A stretch of 64,000 nt of DNA from a virus (IMGVR_UViG_3300045952_000362:628-64627); one strand, 5' to 3'; positions 1 through 10,734 are shown, counted from the stretch's first letter. Numbers and translations: made by a program. Notes: generated by a model not told the origin, from the sequence alone.

Positions 1-149
1 GTAGCAGAGCCGATGCCGTCGGCCCACGGTCGTGCCAGAGTGTCGGTCGTCGTTCACGTGTCGGCCACTGCACCCGATACGCGTCCGGATGCTTTGCCAT
101 TTCACACCTCCCTGAAATTCGCTGAAGAATTTCTCGACCCGAACCTGCC

Positions 150-385
150 TACGGATTTGCCCCCGGTCGTGCCGCCCCCGCCGTTGCCCCTTGGGGCGTC
201 CGGTCTGCCGGGGTGGGCAAGGCCCCCCGGCCCCGGTTATCGCCCCTGCAGCGGCCCCTAATGGGCGGCAACCCGGCCCCGGCCCCACCGGGGGGACCCC
301 GCCCCGGCCATTAGCGCCCATTGCCGGGGCCGATCGCCCGACGCCGGGGGCGTTGCCCGGTCCCCGGCTTGGCCACGTCCTTGGG
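150..385. repeat. GC-rich phased island 1 (member of a dispersed element family)
   Basis: C/G runs broken by A/T steps at about 219, 238, 248, 260, 270, 311, 321, 333, 353, 370, 381; 210-277 aligns without gaps to 26061-26128. Confidence 0.75.
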
Positions 386-1267
386 GTCGCCGCCACAGGC
401 CTGACAGACCAGCCCATCGGTGTCGTGGTCGAACCAGCCGAAGTCGCCGCCATCCTCCGGCTCGTTGCAGTGCACGCATCGCTTCGAGTCCAGCCGCAGC
501 TGCTGCTCGGCGGTGAGTGCGTTGCTTCGCAGGTTCACCTTCTCTGCGGCCGCACGTCCGTGCCGCATGCCGTCGGCGTGCGCGGTGCGCGCCACCGGCC
601 CGAGCTTGCTCGCGCTCTTCCACGACTGGCCCTTCACGAAGTCGTCCACGGCCTTGAGATCCGACACGCGCACCAACGCCACACACCCGGCTGCGGCCTC
701 CCGTCGCAGTCGTGCGGCCTCGTCATCGTATCGCTCCCCCAGCCGTCGCACGAAGGAGTCGATCCAGTTGTCGCGATAGCCACGCATCCGGTACGTGACG
801 TTCTGTCCGGTCTTGCGCCACTCCTCGACATGCTGGTGGTAGTACTCGTGCCGGGCACGGTCGCTGGCCCGTTCGACGAACCGCTGGAGCACGACGAGGA
901 CGAACTCGCACTGCTCGACTTCGCTCTTGCGCCCGATGAGCGAGAGTCGCGAGCTCTTCGTGTACACCGCGAAGCGGCAGTTGTGTGCGGCCGACACGAT
1001 GCCGGCCAGTCGCTCGATCCACGCCTGTCGTGACTTGCGCATCTCGAGGTCCGGGTACTTCGAATAGTCGATCGGGTAGTTCGCGATCGGGTTGCTGTCC
1101 TGGAACTCCTTGAACTCGATGTCGGTCATCGAGATCTTGTGCTTGGCCAGCAGCCGCTGCATCATCTCCGCGAACGCTTGCGCCTCAGCCTCGTTGCCGA
1201 TGGCCGACGCACTCTCCGCATGACGCTTCAGCTTTCCGATCTTGTCGAGGATGGACTGGTCAGCCAC
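311..1267 (-). CDS. DUF2786-domain protein
   Basis: N-terminal ILDKIGKLKRHAES..NEAEAQAFAEMMQRLLAKHKIS is typical of DUF2786; GTG start at 1267 after GAGGGG; C-terminal CxxC..CxxC. Confidence 0.75.
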   Translation of the reverse strand: MADQSILDKIGKLKRHAESASAIGNEAEAQAFAEMMQRLLAKHKISMTDIEFKEFQDSNPIANYPIDYSKYPDLEMRKSRQAWIERLAGIVSAAHNCRFAVYTKSSRLSLIGRKSEVEQCEFVLVVLQRFVERASDRARHEYYHQHVEEWRKTGQNVTYRMRGYRDNWIDSFVRRLGERYDDEAARLRREAAAGCVALVRVSDLKAVDDFVKGQSWKSASKLGPVARTAHADGMRHGRAAAEKVNLRSNALTAEQQLRLDSKRCVHCNEPEDGGDFGWFDHDTDGLVCQACGGDPKDVAKPGTGQRPRRRAIGPGNGR

Positions 1268-1445
1268 GGGGCACCCCTCTCGGACGCGAACGACGTTCCC
1301 ACTCGACCTCTTCCAGCGCTTGCTCGGGCGAGCGCAACCACGACGCGTACAACTCCGTGCGCGACACGGGACGCTCCCCGTGCTTCGCGATGTCGTAGCG
1401 CAACCACAGACCGACCGCAAGGGCTACGATCAGTACAACGATCAT
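1260..1445 (-). CDS. Small membrane protein
   Basis: Hydrophobic N-terminus MIVVLIVALAVGLWL; RBS GGAGGAGAG; coupled to neighbours. Confidence 0.65.
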   Translation of the reverse strand: MIVVLIVALAVGLWLRYDIAKHGERPVSRTELYASWLRSPEQALEEVEWERRSRPRGVPRG

Positions 1446-1705
1446 GACTCTCCTCCTGGTTGTCGAAGCACCTGCACACCGTAGCGGACCCGACGCTTGG
1501 TCCGTACGGCGTAGTGCGAAAACTTACTGGGCCGATTGTCCCACGCCAACTGCGACGCGTACAGACGCGCCTCACGCAGCAGGTCGAAGAGCACCGGCTC
1601 ATTTGTGCCGTTGCGTTTCACCCGGACGACGACAGCGATGCCGTCCGGGTGCATGGGAGTGGGGTGAACAGCGGTATGCACGGTACGACCACGAAGCTCC
1701 AACAT
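1442..1705 (-). CDS. Hypothetical early protein (3' part duplicated at window end)
   Basis: ATG at 1705 overlaps upstream stop; 1479-1597 identical to 63882-64000. Confidence 0.6.
   Translation of the reverse strand: MLELRGRTVHTAVHPTPMHPDGIAVVVRVKRNGTNEPVLFDLLREARLYASQLAWDNRPSKFSHYAVRTKRRVRYGVQVLRQPGGES
1479..1597 (+). repeat. 119-bp exact direct repeat, copy 1
   Basis: CCGTAGCGGACCCG...AAGAGCACCGG identical to 63882-64000. Confidence 0.95.
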
Positions 1706-3006
1706 CAGTCCACCTCTTCTCCGCGCTCCAGTGCGCGGGCACGTTCCGTGTGACGGGCCGCTGCGGCCATGTCTCCATCCTGCCGAGCGAGACCCGCCAT
1801 CTCCCACTCCTGGTCGGCCCGACGTTTCATCGGGTCCGACTGTCGCTCCCGGAAGCGTGCCTTCTGCTCCGGCGACCACCGGCTGATGTCACGAATTGCC
1901 ATAGCCGTATCCTCCTCCGGTGGCCGAGTGCCACGTGTGCACGATCACGTGCTTGAGCCCCATCGTGCCGCAGTACCGAAGGGTCTCCACCCACGTGCTC
2001 AAGTTCTTGGCGTAGAACCCTTCGATGAAGACGGTGAAGCTGCCGCTGTTGACAACGATCTCGAGCGTGTCCTGCGAGTTCATGACTTGCGCTCCTGCCG
2101 CTTCGACGCGGCGACCGAATACAACGTGTCCACGATCTCCTTCAACTGCTCCGCCCCCTTTTCCAACTCCTCCGGTGTGCGGCCATTCAGACCGCCGACG
2201 TACACGTCTTGGATCAACTTCTGCAACCCCGTCTTGCTGAAATCCTTCATGATGTCCTCCTCTGGACGATGGTGAGCGTACCTTCCAAACCGATCTCTGC
2301 GTATCGAGTGCGCACACGGGGCGTCCCGCGCAGCACCAGACACACCGTGTTCCCGTCCCAGACGACGACCTCCCACCCGTCCGACAGGGCGAGTGAGAGG
2401 CAGACCTCCTGGGGGGTGTTGGGCATGCGCCCGTACTTGCGTTCGAACGTGGTCTTCATCTCGAGAGGAAGAGCAACAGCACGCTGTCGATCGACCCCTC
2501 CGCATCGAAGTGCGCGTACACCGTCGGACGCATCGTGCGCGACGGGTGCGCGTTCTCCTGTTTGAGAAACAGCGCCGCAGCCATCGTGGCCTTGGACGTA
2601 TCACCGTCGCCGTGGTGCACGATGTAGCGATCGGTCTTGTCGTTGTACACGATCTTGGTCACGATGCCAAGATAGGTCGGATGGTCTTTCGTCGCGCGGT
2701 CTTGGATCGACGCCCGCACTGTGTTGTAGTCGCCACCGGCCGCACGGGCCTCGTCGGCCCACTCTGACGCGTATGCAATCGTGTTCATCTCAGTCTCCTT
2801 AATTAAGGTTGGGCGTGCTTCTGAATTTCCTCGGCCAAGGCACGGGCCATCGCCCGGCCCACCAACTGCTCGTCGAACACCCGAGCAGCGAATGCGTGTC
2901 CCACGGCATCGGCCGTGTCCGGGTCGAGACCGGCGTCACGAGCCGCATCTCGACCATGTCGGTAGGCTTCCTGTCGGACCCCGGCAAGCACATCGCGTCG
3001 TCTCAC
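1705..3006 (-). CDS. Run of small translationally coupled hypothetical early genes (1705-1902, 1889-2083, 2080-2250, 2247-2459, 2456-2788, 2799-~3006)
   Basis: Overlapping ATGA/TGATG junctions and SD motifs (GGAGG/AGGAG) on the minus strand. Confidence 0.6.
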
Positions 3007-3248
3007 TGGCGGTCTCCCTTCTCCAACTCGACGACATCGCCCACTAGCACCTGACCGAACCGCTGGGAGGCGACTTGGTTCAGAGGGAGGCCACGCAGCC
3101 GTCCCTCTTCGTTGCAGTATGCTCGCGCACGAGTGCCGGGGACGGCTTCGATCCACCCACCCACAGCCTTCTGCAACTCGTCGAGCGTCACCTTGCGCTT
3201 GCCGAGCACCACCGTCTCGATGGTGCCATCCGTCTTGTAGATTTTCAT
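3003..3248 (-). CDS. DUF3846-like phage protein
   Basis: TLDELQKAVGGWIEAV..YCNEEGRLRGLPLN..LVGDVV signature; RBS AAGGAGG. Confidence 0.75.
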   Translation of the reverse strand: MKIYKTDGTIETVVLGKRKVTLDELQKAVGGWIEAVPGTRARAYCNEEGRLRGLPLNQVASQRFGQVLVGDVVELEKGDRQ

Positions 3249-3258
3249 GTCAGCCTCC

Positions 3259-4186
3259 TTAGCGAATGACCAAGTACTTCTGGTTGTAGCGGCAGTCTTT
3301 CGTGTGCGGCTCATCGTCGATCGCGCCGCAGTCCGCGCATTCGCCGTCTTCGCTGCGATCGTCATCGTCTTCATCCGTGTGCAATTGGAATCCGCTGTTC
3401 GAGTACGCCGACTCGCTCACGGTGCCCTCTTCGATTTCACCTTTGATGGGCAGCGCTTGCGGTGTGTGGTGGTAGTCGCCGTAGTCGGTGGTGAAGATCA
3501 CGAGCGCGTTTTCGTCCTCGCCATCGAGGAGGTCGCGCAGTTCACGGACGGTGATGGTGCGAAGGGTTCTGGACATTTTGGTTTCTCCTATTCGGAACGG
3601 CCCGTGGGCCGGGGTGAACGAACTAGCTACGGAACATTTCAACTTCGTGATCGAGCAATTCGAGCACGCGACCATCCTTGGTCACGCACGTCCACATCGT
3701 GGTCACGACCGCCGCATCCGAATCGTCGATCGCGAATGCGATGGCCTTGTCAGCCTCTTCATCGACCGGACGGTTCAACAGGCGACCACCGGTCATCAGA
3801 TTGTGCAGATCGCCCTCGGCATCCGAGTACATCACGTGGGCACCGACAACGAGCACGACGAGTCCGTTGTCCGACTCCGACGGATGGAAGTCGCGGCCGC
3901 AGAACCCGTTCATATCAACGCTGGTGATCTTGAGCAACATGGGACACTCTCCTAATTAAGGTTACAGGTCGATGGATGCAACGTTGCGACCCTTGCGCCC
4001 GACAGGCGGGTCCGCGATGAAACGCAGCGACATGTCGTCGTCGTCCTTGGTGCGCAGGTTCGTGTAACCCGAACCGGCGATGTGGGCCTCAACAGCGGCC
4101 CGTGCTTCGGGAATCGTTTTGACTTCGACCGTCCGCACGATTTTGAAATCGCCCGACAGTGAATACAAACGCAGTGGCATACCCAT
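3259..4186 (-). CDS. Three hypothetical early genes (3259-3576, 3623-3940, 3962-~4186)
   Basis: ORFs with phage-like codon use; AGGAGA RBS before the first two. Confidence 0.55.
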
Positions 4187-4214
4187 TCGGAACCTCGTCA
4201 GGCCGGTCCATTCC

Positions 4215-4730
4215 GGCGAGTGCGGCCAGCGCATCAATCAAGAAGGTGGCCGCACTTTCTAGCTCCAAACGAGAAACGAATGAGACCCTCTGGTTCCCGG
4301 AGTATCCACTTACGGCCACGGTCAGATCGTTCGCTGCCGTCTTGCCTCGTGCGTGGACCTGCTGCCGTTTGACTGCAGAGGGTCTCATCCGTTTCTCGTG
4401 TTCCCGTCCTTTTGTTCCCCGAGCAAGCGGCCGCGTGGCCGGTACAGGTTTTGTCGCTCAGCCGCAGATTGTGGGCATAGGACTTACACGCGGGTAATAC
4501 GCTCGGAATTTTGTAGGAGGTCCGTTTTCGCGCTATCCTTATTTAAGGAGGCCGTGGGTTCGGCGGCTAGCCCCATGCGCTATTACGGTCGTACTTCAGG
4601 ACCGGATTTTTCTGGGCCGCTTCAACCCGCTCGTCTCACGACGATCGTTTTCAGCAGGCGGCCCCGTCACCGACCCCGGCCGCGCCACCCGTCTGACCGG
4701 CCGAGTTCTTGTGGCCGACCCGCGCGAACA
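4215..4730 (-). ncRNA. Putative structured non-coding RNA or long leader
   Basis: About 500 bp without a credible ORF, downstream of a leftward promoter-like element; 24-bp stem 4269-4292/4376-4399 (23/24), hairpin 4219-4256, possible closure 4437-4443/4696-4702. Confidence 0.45.
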
Positions 4731-4737
4731 AGCTTAA

Positions 4738-4775
4738 TATCCCTCAAACCCTCACCGATAGGGAAACTATTTTCT
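4738..4775 (-). promoter_or_regulatory. Leftward early promoter-like element, copy 1
   Basis: TATCCCTC-AAAC..AGGGAAACTATTTTCT is conserved with 61867-61904; minus strand reads A-tract, TTTCCC, then GATATT. Confidence 0.55.
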
Positions 4776-4896
4776 GTGAATTCAGGCCTAAGTCGAAAAA
4801 ATTTCAGTGAGGGTTTAGGCCTGAATTTACCAATTCATACCGGCCTCCGAAACCACAGGGGAATTCGACAGTTTCCCTACTGCGGTTTCGGGGCCG
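4776..4896. repeat. Two tandem long inverted repeats
   Basis: GTGAATTCAGGCCTAA 4776-4791 / TTAGGCCTGAATTTAC 4815-4830; CGGCCTCCGAAACCACAG 4841-4858 / CTGCGGTTTCGGGGCCG 4880-4896. Confidence 0.8.
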
Positions 4897-4906
4897 ATAT
4901 CGGGCA

Positions 4907-7900
4907 CTATTGCGTGGTCCACGCCCCTCCTCGTGCGTGCGCCGGGGGCGGGTCCACACGCGGTTCACGTGTGCATCGCGCGCAGTACTGGAAGTACAAC
5001 AGATCTTTGCCGTCGGCCATGAGATTCGCCCGCCACACTTTCTTCGGTGCGCGTGTGAACCGATGTCCGACGAGCCAACACCACACGGTCAAAAGTTTTC
5101 TCATGTCAACTCTCCTTCATCAAACGAAACGTTGCATACCACGCATCCGGATTCGTCCAGCGCCCGCTGCCGAACGGCGTCGCTACGGCAATGCCACTGG
5201 CGAGCCCGAATACCTGCGCCGATAGTTCCCTAGCCGTCCGGATCGTGGGGTGCGGGAACGGAAACACCGCCACGTAGCCCTCGGAGTCCGGATGCGCTTC
5301 GATGCGCGTCGGCTCCAAGGACTGCAATCGGTCCCATACAGAACGCGTTTCTGCTGGGATGGTAGGTGCTGCTGCAACGTGTCTTTCAGGCGCTGCAACT
5401 CGCGGGCTACTTTTGCGAACGCCAGCTCGGGGGCCTCGCATGAATGGGCGACCACAACGCGGACACTCGGGGTCGCAGTAGTGGCAGAACACGCGTGCGC
5501 AAGCGCGACACACAATGCGTCGCCTATCGTGGGTCGGACATTTCCGACGACGACGACGCATCGCCCGGTCATAGTCCGCTTGGAGGAGTTTGCTTCGGAG
5601 GTCATCACGCTGCCCCATCGAGCCACCGCACGGTGCCGATGCCCCACGGCCCAAGGATTTCCTCCGACATCGCCGCGTCCTCGTTTGTGATGACGCACCA
5701 CCCTAGCAACTCCCACGCCAACTTGCCTTTGTGATACCGCATGCGGCATCGCAAGATGACGTAGGTGTCCGTGTCGTTTTCCAGCACCGGGTTCTTGGCG
5801 TAGACCTGCTGCCACATTTCAATCGACACGAGACACCGGATAGCAATTTCTGTGCCATCGGGAATGTCCTTGCCCGGTCGATAGTCGGGCAGTTGCTTCG
5901 GGGCGCGGAGCATGTCGCGCCGCACCATCTCACGAATGGAGTCGTTCAGGTTCATGGCTTACTCCAATTCGTTCTTGACGGCTCGTGCGGCATCGCGCAT
6001 CGCCAACACCGCCGTATCCTTCTCCTGCTCGCTGGTGGCATGCACGATGGCGTGGGCCCCGTGTTCGACGGCTGCGGCCAACTCGCGGACCTGCTTCTTA
6101 AGGGCGCGCAAGTTGATGAGAGTGACTTCCTGTGCGGCTCGATTGCGTGGCTTCTTCGTTTTGGTGGCCATGGGACGACTCCTACTGGTGGTTGAACGGA
6201 CCTTCGAAATAGGTGGCATCGGCATCCCACTCGGGATGCTCGAAGAGCCACTGCTGTAACTCCATCGGCAGCAACGCAAAGTGCTCCCGAGGACGGTAGA
6301 TCATCTTGCGTGTGTACGGCCGCCACAGGCGGGCCGCCGGGTGAATCAACAACGTGGTGCCGACCCCGTGGTCGCGCCATGGTTTGGACAGCACCACGGT
6401 CAACTGTCCGTCGTGCCATCCGGTCCACGTGCCGTGGATATGGTCATGACTCCCGTCGTTGCCGAAGACGTCGAGGCACTCGGTGCTCCAATGCGACTTG
6501 GACTTCCACTCGTCGCCGGAGCAGCGCGTGATGAAGGTTTTAGCCTTGGGCACGAGACATCTCCAGGATCTCCCGCAGGGTAGAGATCGTGGTCATGGCC
6601 GTGGAGACCGGGGCCGGCATGCCGGCGATGGACACCTCAGAGCTGTCCAAGGCCTTCAAGACCGCTTCGGCAGCGACCTCCAACGAGCAGTGCCAGCACA
6701 CGTTGTCCACCAGCTCGGGATTCCGGTCCACATGCCGGCAGTTATCAGACCGTGAATCGGCCATGGTGCCTCCTCCGTGGATCCGGCCGCATGCGCACGC
6801 GACTATTTACACCCCAGATCTGCACTTGGAAGTGGAAGTCCGTACCACGCTCGCTGAACTCCGAGTTGATCGAGCACTCCGGCCACGAGATGAACAATTG
6901 CTGCCGGTCATGGGCTCGCAGGATCGCGTTGCAGAACTGTTGAATCCAACGTCGGTCGATCTCTGCGTCGTCAATACCGAAGAGGATGTCACAGGCTTCT
7001 TCGTCGGACATCTCCGGCACTGCCTTCGGCATGTTCTCCGGCGGCACGACCCGTAACACGCATCGCTCGATCGCGATGTTGTCGCCGTCCTCTGCTCCAT
7101 ACCATACGAGCTCGTAGGCCCATCCGGTCTGTTGCACCTTGTCCTCGAGAGTGCCGGCATTGCCGATGCAACGCTTCCACATCTTGCCGGAATACGTCCC
7201 TGTCGGAATGGTGCCGCTGTACTCCGCGAGCTTCTTGAACGTGTCGTACGTCATGTAAGCTCGCGCCCCGTGGAACACGATCTCAGACCGATCGGGCTGA
7301 TTCCAATACCGGCCTTTCGGATCCGTCATGTCAGGGATCTTCATCGCTTCTTCCTTTTCTTGCCCCGGTTGTGCGGGGGCGGGGCAGGGGGCCAACGCGC
7401 CAACACCGTGTCAGTGTATTCGTCGTAGACCCGTGTAATGCGTTTGAATTGGCTGTGGAGACGGATCGCGGCCTCGGTCGCTTCCGTTTGCGTGGCATGC
7501 CGACTGTCCACTACCCAGTCGCTGTAGGAGGGGCGATGCGCTTGCACGAGAAACGGTTTCACCTCAGGGAATGGCTTCACGCGAACTCCCCTGCGTGCTG
7601 CTCGTCGATGGGCCCGAACACGGGAGAGGGCGACGGCCATCCCGGCTCCACACGCATCCACGGGCGCCACCACACCGGCTCGTACTCCTGCTGGGTGGTG
7701 AGACGCCACCGTGTGATAATCACCACGTAGTCCTTCTCTGCGGCAAACACGGCGCGACCGAATTGATCGTGCGTGTGTCCGCAGAGATCGGGATGCACCG
7801 CCCGCAAGAAATCCACAGACACCGGCACCCGCGTTTCCATCCCAGAGATATCCGGGGGGCGTGGAGTCAGTCGTGCGCGATTGCGCATGGCAAAGTGGCT

Positions 7901-8760
7901 GTCGTGGCGCACGAGCTCGACCACCTTTTCTTTAGCGATCTGCATCGGGCTTCCTTTCGATGATCGCCTTGCACACGCGTTCCCACGCCGAGGTGGCTTC
8001 GATGAACCGACTCGCGTCCTGCATATTGTCGCGGTCGAAGTCCTCCCACCGTGGCTGTGGCGGCAGGGTGATGGTCGTAGTTGGTTGCGTCACCACCTGC
8101 ACGACGGGACGCATGGCCCCACCACACTTGCACACGACACTATCCTTCGTCGCGAACTGGTGGTCCCAATCGGTGCAGTCGTTCTTGCGCCGACAGTTCT
8201 CGTTGTCCCTCGCCCCGCACACGGAACATTCGCCCGTGATCCCGCAGTGGCGTGTAATGATTTTCATCGTGTGGACTTCGACGGGCATTAGAGCACCACC
8301 CCATAGCGATCGGCGATGTTGGACAACGTGGCCATGGCGTCGAGGATACCCATGTGGCCGGTGCGCCAGCTACGTTCGTTCAGTGGGGTGCGGCCCCGGA
8401 AGAGCTCGCGTGCCTCCTCCAACGGCAACCCGAGAAAGCGCTCCAGCACTTCCACCCCAGCGGCATCGACGCCATCGGGTTTGGCCCAGCGCTGTTTCAC
8501 CACGTGGTACGCGACACAGCCTCGGTCGCGCGTGAGCAAGCAGCTGCCGTAGTCAAACTCAGCGGGCGGCACTTGCTGGAGGTGGGCATATAACTTCCGT
8601 GCGTTCGGTTCGTTGAACATCCGTCCCTACCGTAGGACCGTCAACAGTGCACCGATCCACAGGGATCGTCAACAGCCATTCGTCGCGCAGAGCTCGCCAG
8701 TCGGGCTCCGATCGGGCCATCACAGCCCTCCTCCCCAGGAAACGAACAACCGCCGGCACC
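4907..8760 (-). CDS. Cluster of about 12 small hypothetical early genes, several Cys-rich (e.g. 4907-5104, 5106-~5618, 5605-5955, 5959-6171, 6182-6553, 6540-6764, 6745-7344, 7577-7945, 7932-8288, 8288-8620)
   Basis: Tightly packed co-oriented ORFs with SD motifs; CxxC motifs in several; no recognisable family. Confidence 0.55.
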
Positions 8761-8840
8761 CGCGGACGGTCCGCGAGAGGGCAATAATTTGCCTCAAAGG
8801 CCCCCCAAGTGCGCCACAGGAATCGTCCACTTGCAAGAAG

Positions 8841-8975
8841 AAGCGACGGTTACATGGTTTTCGACGTCGTGAAACTCGTGTAACCGTCGTTTGTTTTCGT
8901 GGGGGTCAAATTAAAGCGACGGGTACAGGAGTTGCGGAGGCACAGCACGAATTAAAACGACGGTCACATGAGTTG
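8841..8975. repeat. Four copies of a ~20-bp iteron/operator-like repeat (one inverted)
   Basis: AAGCGACGGTTACATGGTT 8841-8859; inverted copy 8873-8892; AAGCGACGGGTACAGGAGTTG 8914-8934; AAACGACGGTCACATGAGTTG 8955-8975. Confidence 0.8.
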
Positions 8976-9124
8976 TCGTGCTCAGCGTGTGGTAGGAAAA
9001 AGAGATTCGATGTGAAGTGGGAGAGGCGAGAACGAGGAAATAGGGGGTGTGTAGCGCATGTGTTTGCAACGATAGGCGAGACACGAGTGGTGGCCGGAAA
9101 CACGGAGTGAAAAGGACGTGAAGG

Positions 9125-9277
9125 GAATTGCGCCGCTATATGGGGGGAGGGAGGAGGGCCGGGTTGCGCCGCAAGCTTGCTCCCCTCAACTCTTCTTAAT
9201 AAAATTTAATTTCATTTAGCAAAAGGTAAGAAGGTGTAGGGGGCACACCCCCCTCCCCCCATTCTTGAGCGCAATTC
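9125..9277. promoter_or_regulatory. Candidate replication origin or packaging site: AT-rich core flanked by bipartite inverted repeat
   Basis: GAATTGCGC-N7-TGGGGGGAGGG (9125-9151) mirrored by CCCTCCCCCCA-N7-GCGCAATTC (9251-9277) around TTAATAAAATTTAATTTCATTT; lies between the divergent arms. Confidence 0.5.
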
Positions 9278-9484
9278 TAAAACGTCGTTTTGCGTCAGGA
9301 AGCATGGTGGTGAATACGGGCTCACCCTTATGTAGTCACATGGGGTGAAACGGGACGGGGCAATTTGGTCCGTGTTCCGGGGGACATTAGGTCCCGTGGC
9401 CATGGTGTGTATCGACAGCAGAAGTGCGCACATTCTCAGTCGTTTGGTACTTCACCGACTACACATGCCACGCGTGAGGACGTG

Positions 9485-9745
9485 ATGCAATTCAAGGGCC
9501 CAGCATTTCCGTCATGGAAAGAACCCACCGCCACTACCCGTACGCTACAAACGCACCACACGTTGGCACCGGGTGAGCAGTACGTACCGCACGAATCCGC
9601 CAACGGCAAAGCCGCACAACGTCGACGCCGACAAATGGCACGCGATCAAGCCAAGCGCTTGCGCAAGCAGTACGGCAGCGATGTGGTGGAAGGCATTGAC
9701 CCCCAGAGTGGCGGGCTGTTGCTGAATTTCACGGAGAAAAAGTAG
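9485..9745 (+). CDS. Hypothetical protein, first late-arm gene
   Basis: GAGGA RBS then GTG/ATG; ORF ends 1 nt before the terS candidate. Confidence 0.5.
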   Translation: MQFKGPAFPSWKEPTATTRTLQTHHTLAPGEQYVPHESANGKAAQRRRRQMARDQAKRLRKQYGSDVVEGIDPQSGGLLLNFTEKK

Positions 9746-9746
9746 C

Positions 9747-10268
9747 ATGGCTACCCGAGGGCGCAAGCGAAAGCCGTTGGTGGGGGGGTGGAAGAAGCGC
9801 CGACCGAACCCGACGGAGCGCACGGTGCTGAGGCGGGCCCTCCGGCAGCTGGAGCAGCCACGACCGAAGGTCAAGCACAAAGCGTTCGATCGTGATGTGC
9901 ACATGGAGACGGTGGAACAGGGAGGCAAGGTCAAGATCCTGTTGAAGAAAGGTTCTCCGGGCCGTGCGAAAGGCGCGACCAATCGTGTGCCACGTGGCGT
10001 GCGTGCGAGTATCAAAGCCATCATCGAAGACGTGGTGAAAGGAAACAGCAAGGATGTACGCACCGCATTCGAGGGCGGGCTGCGTGGCGGTCCCCAGCAT
10101 GCGGATCGCTACCTCAAGTTGGCAGCTGAGTATCTCGATGGCAAGCCTACCGACAACGTGAATCTCAATGCGCGATGGAACCAGGACGAGCTCGCCACTG
10201 CGCGAGAACAACTTGGGAAGAAGTTGAGCAGCATGTTGAGTCTCATCCTCAACAGAGACGAGTCGTAG
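9747..10268 (+). CDS. Probable terminase small subunit
   Basis: Basic N-terminus, KKGSPGRAKGATNRV (GRPKG-like), YLDGKPTDNVNL (GKP motif) typical of terS; upstream of terL. Confidence 0.6.
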   Translation: MATRGRKRKPLVGGWKKRRPNPTERTVLRRALRQLEQPRPKVKHKAFDRDVHMETVEQGGKVKILLKKGSPGRAKGATNRVPRGVRASIKAIIEDVVKGNSKDVRTAFEGGLRGGPQHADRYLKLAAEYLDGKPTDNVNLNARWNQDELATAREQLGKKLSSMLSLILNRDES

Positions 10269-10401
10269 GCATGCGGACTCGTGCGTTTGAATTTCATTTC
10301 CGCCCGATTGATCATGCGTCGTCGGGGTGGTCACCGCTTCACGGTTCCGTAACGTGCGAGGCTGAGGAAATTCCTGAATGCATAACTGACCGGGGGCGCG
10401 C

Positions 10402-10734
10402 ATGACCGTTTTCCTGCTGCTCGTGCTGTTGCTGCTGTGTGTCGTGTTGTACTGCTGGGTCGAAGTCAAACTCGTGCGCTTGCGTCGCCGCTACATCGTG
10501 ATGCTGTTGCACGTGCGTGGTGAAATGTCGCCGGTCGAGATCGCCCGCGAGGTCGGCATGGTGCAAGGCACCGTGTACCCGATGATGCGCGAGTTGGAGG
10601 ACCGCGGACTCGTGCTTCATCGCGTCGAAGCCATCCCGCTGCCGCCCGATCGCGGCTATCTGGTGCGCTTTGCCCCCGGCCGTCACCTGTACCGGGCCAC
10701 TGTTACCGGGGATTCGCCGGTGGAGGCCGCGTAA
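10402..10734 (+). CDS. Membrane-anchored PadR-like winged-helix protein
   Basis: N-terminal TM segment then MSPVEIAREVGMVQGTVYPMMRELEDRGLV. Confidence 0.7.
   Translation: MTVFLLLVLLLLCVVLYCWVEVKLVRLRRRYIVMLLHVRGEMSPVEIAREVGMVQGTVYPMMRELEDRGLVLHRVEAIPLPPDRGYLVRFAPGRHLYRATVTGDSPVEAA

Noticed and set aside
4215-4730. RNase P RNA, tmRNA, tRNA or group I/II intron
   Set aside because: Diagnostic conserved motifs were not found on either strand by eye.
8841-8975. Possible mini-CRISPR array
   Set aside because: Repeats are degenerate, one is inverted, spacers are only 13-21 nt and no cas operon is present; the Cas4-like gene is a typical phage recombination exonuclease.
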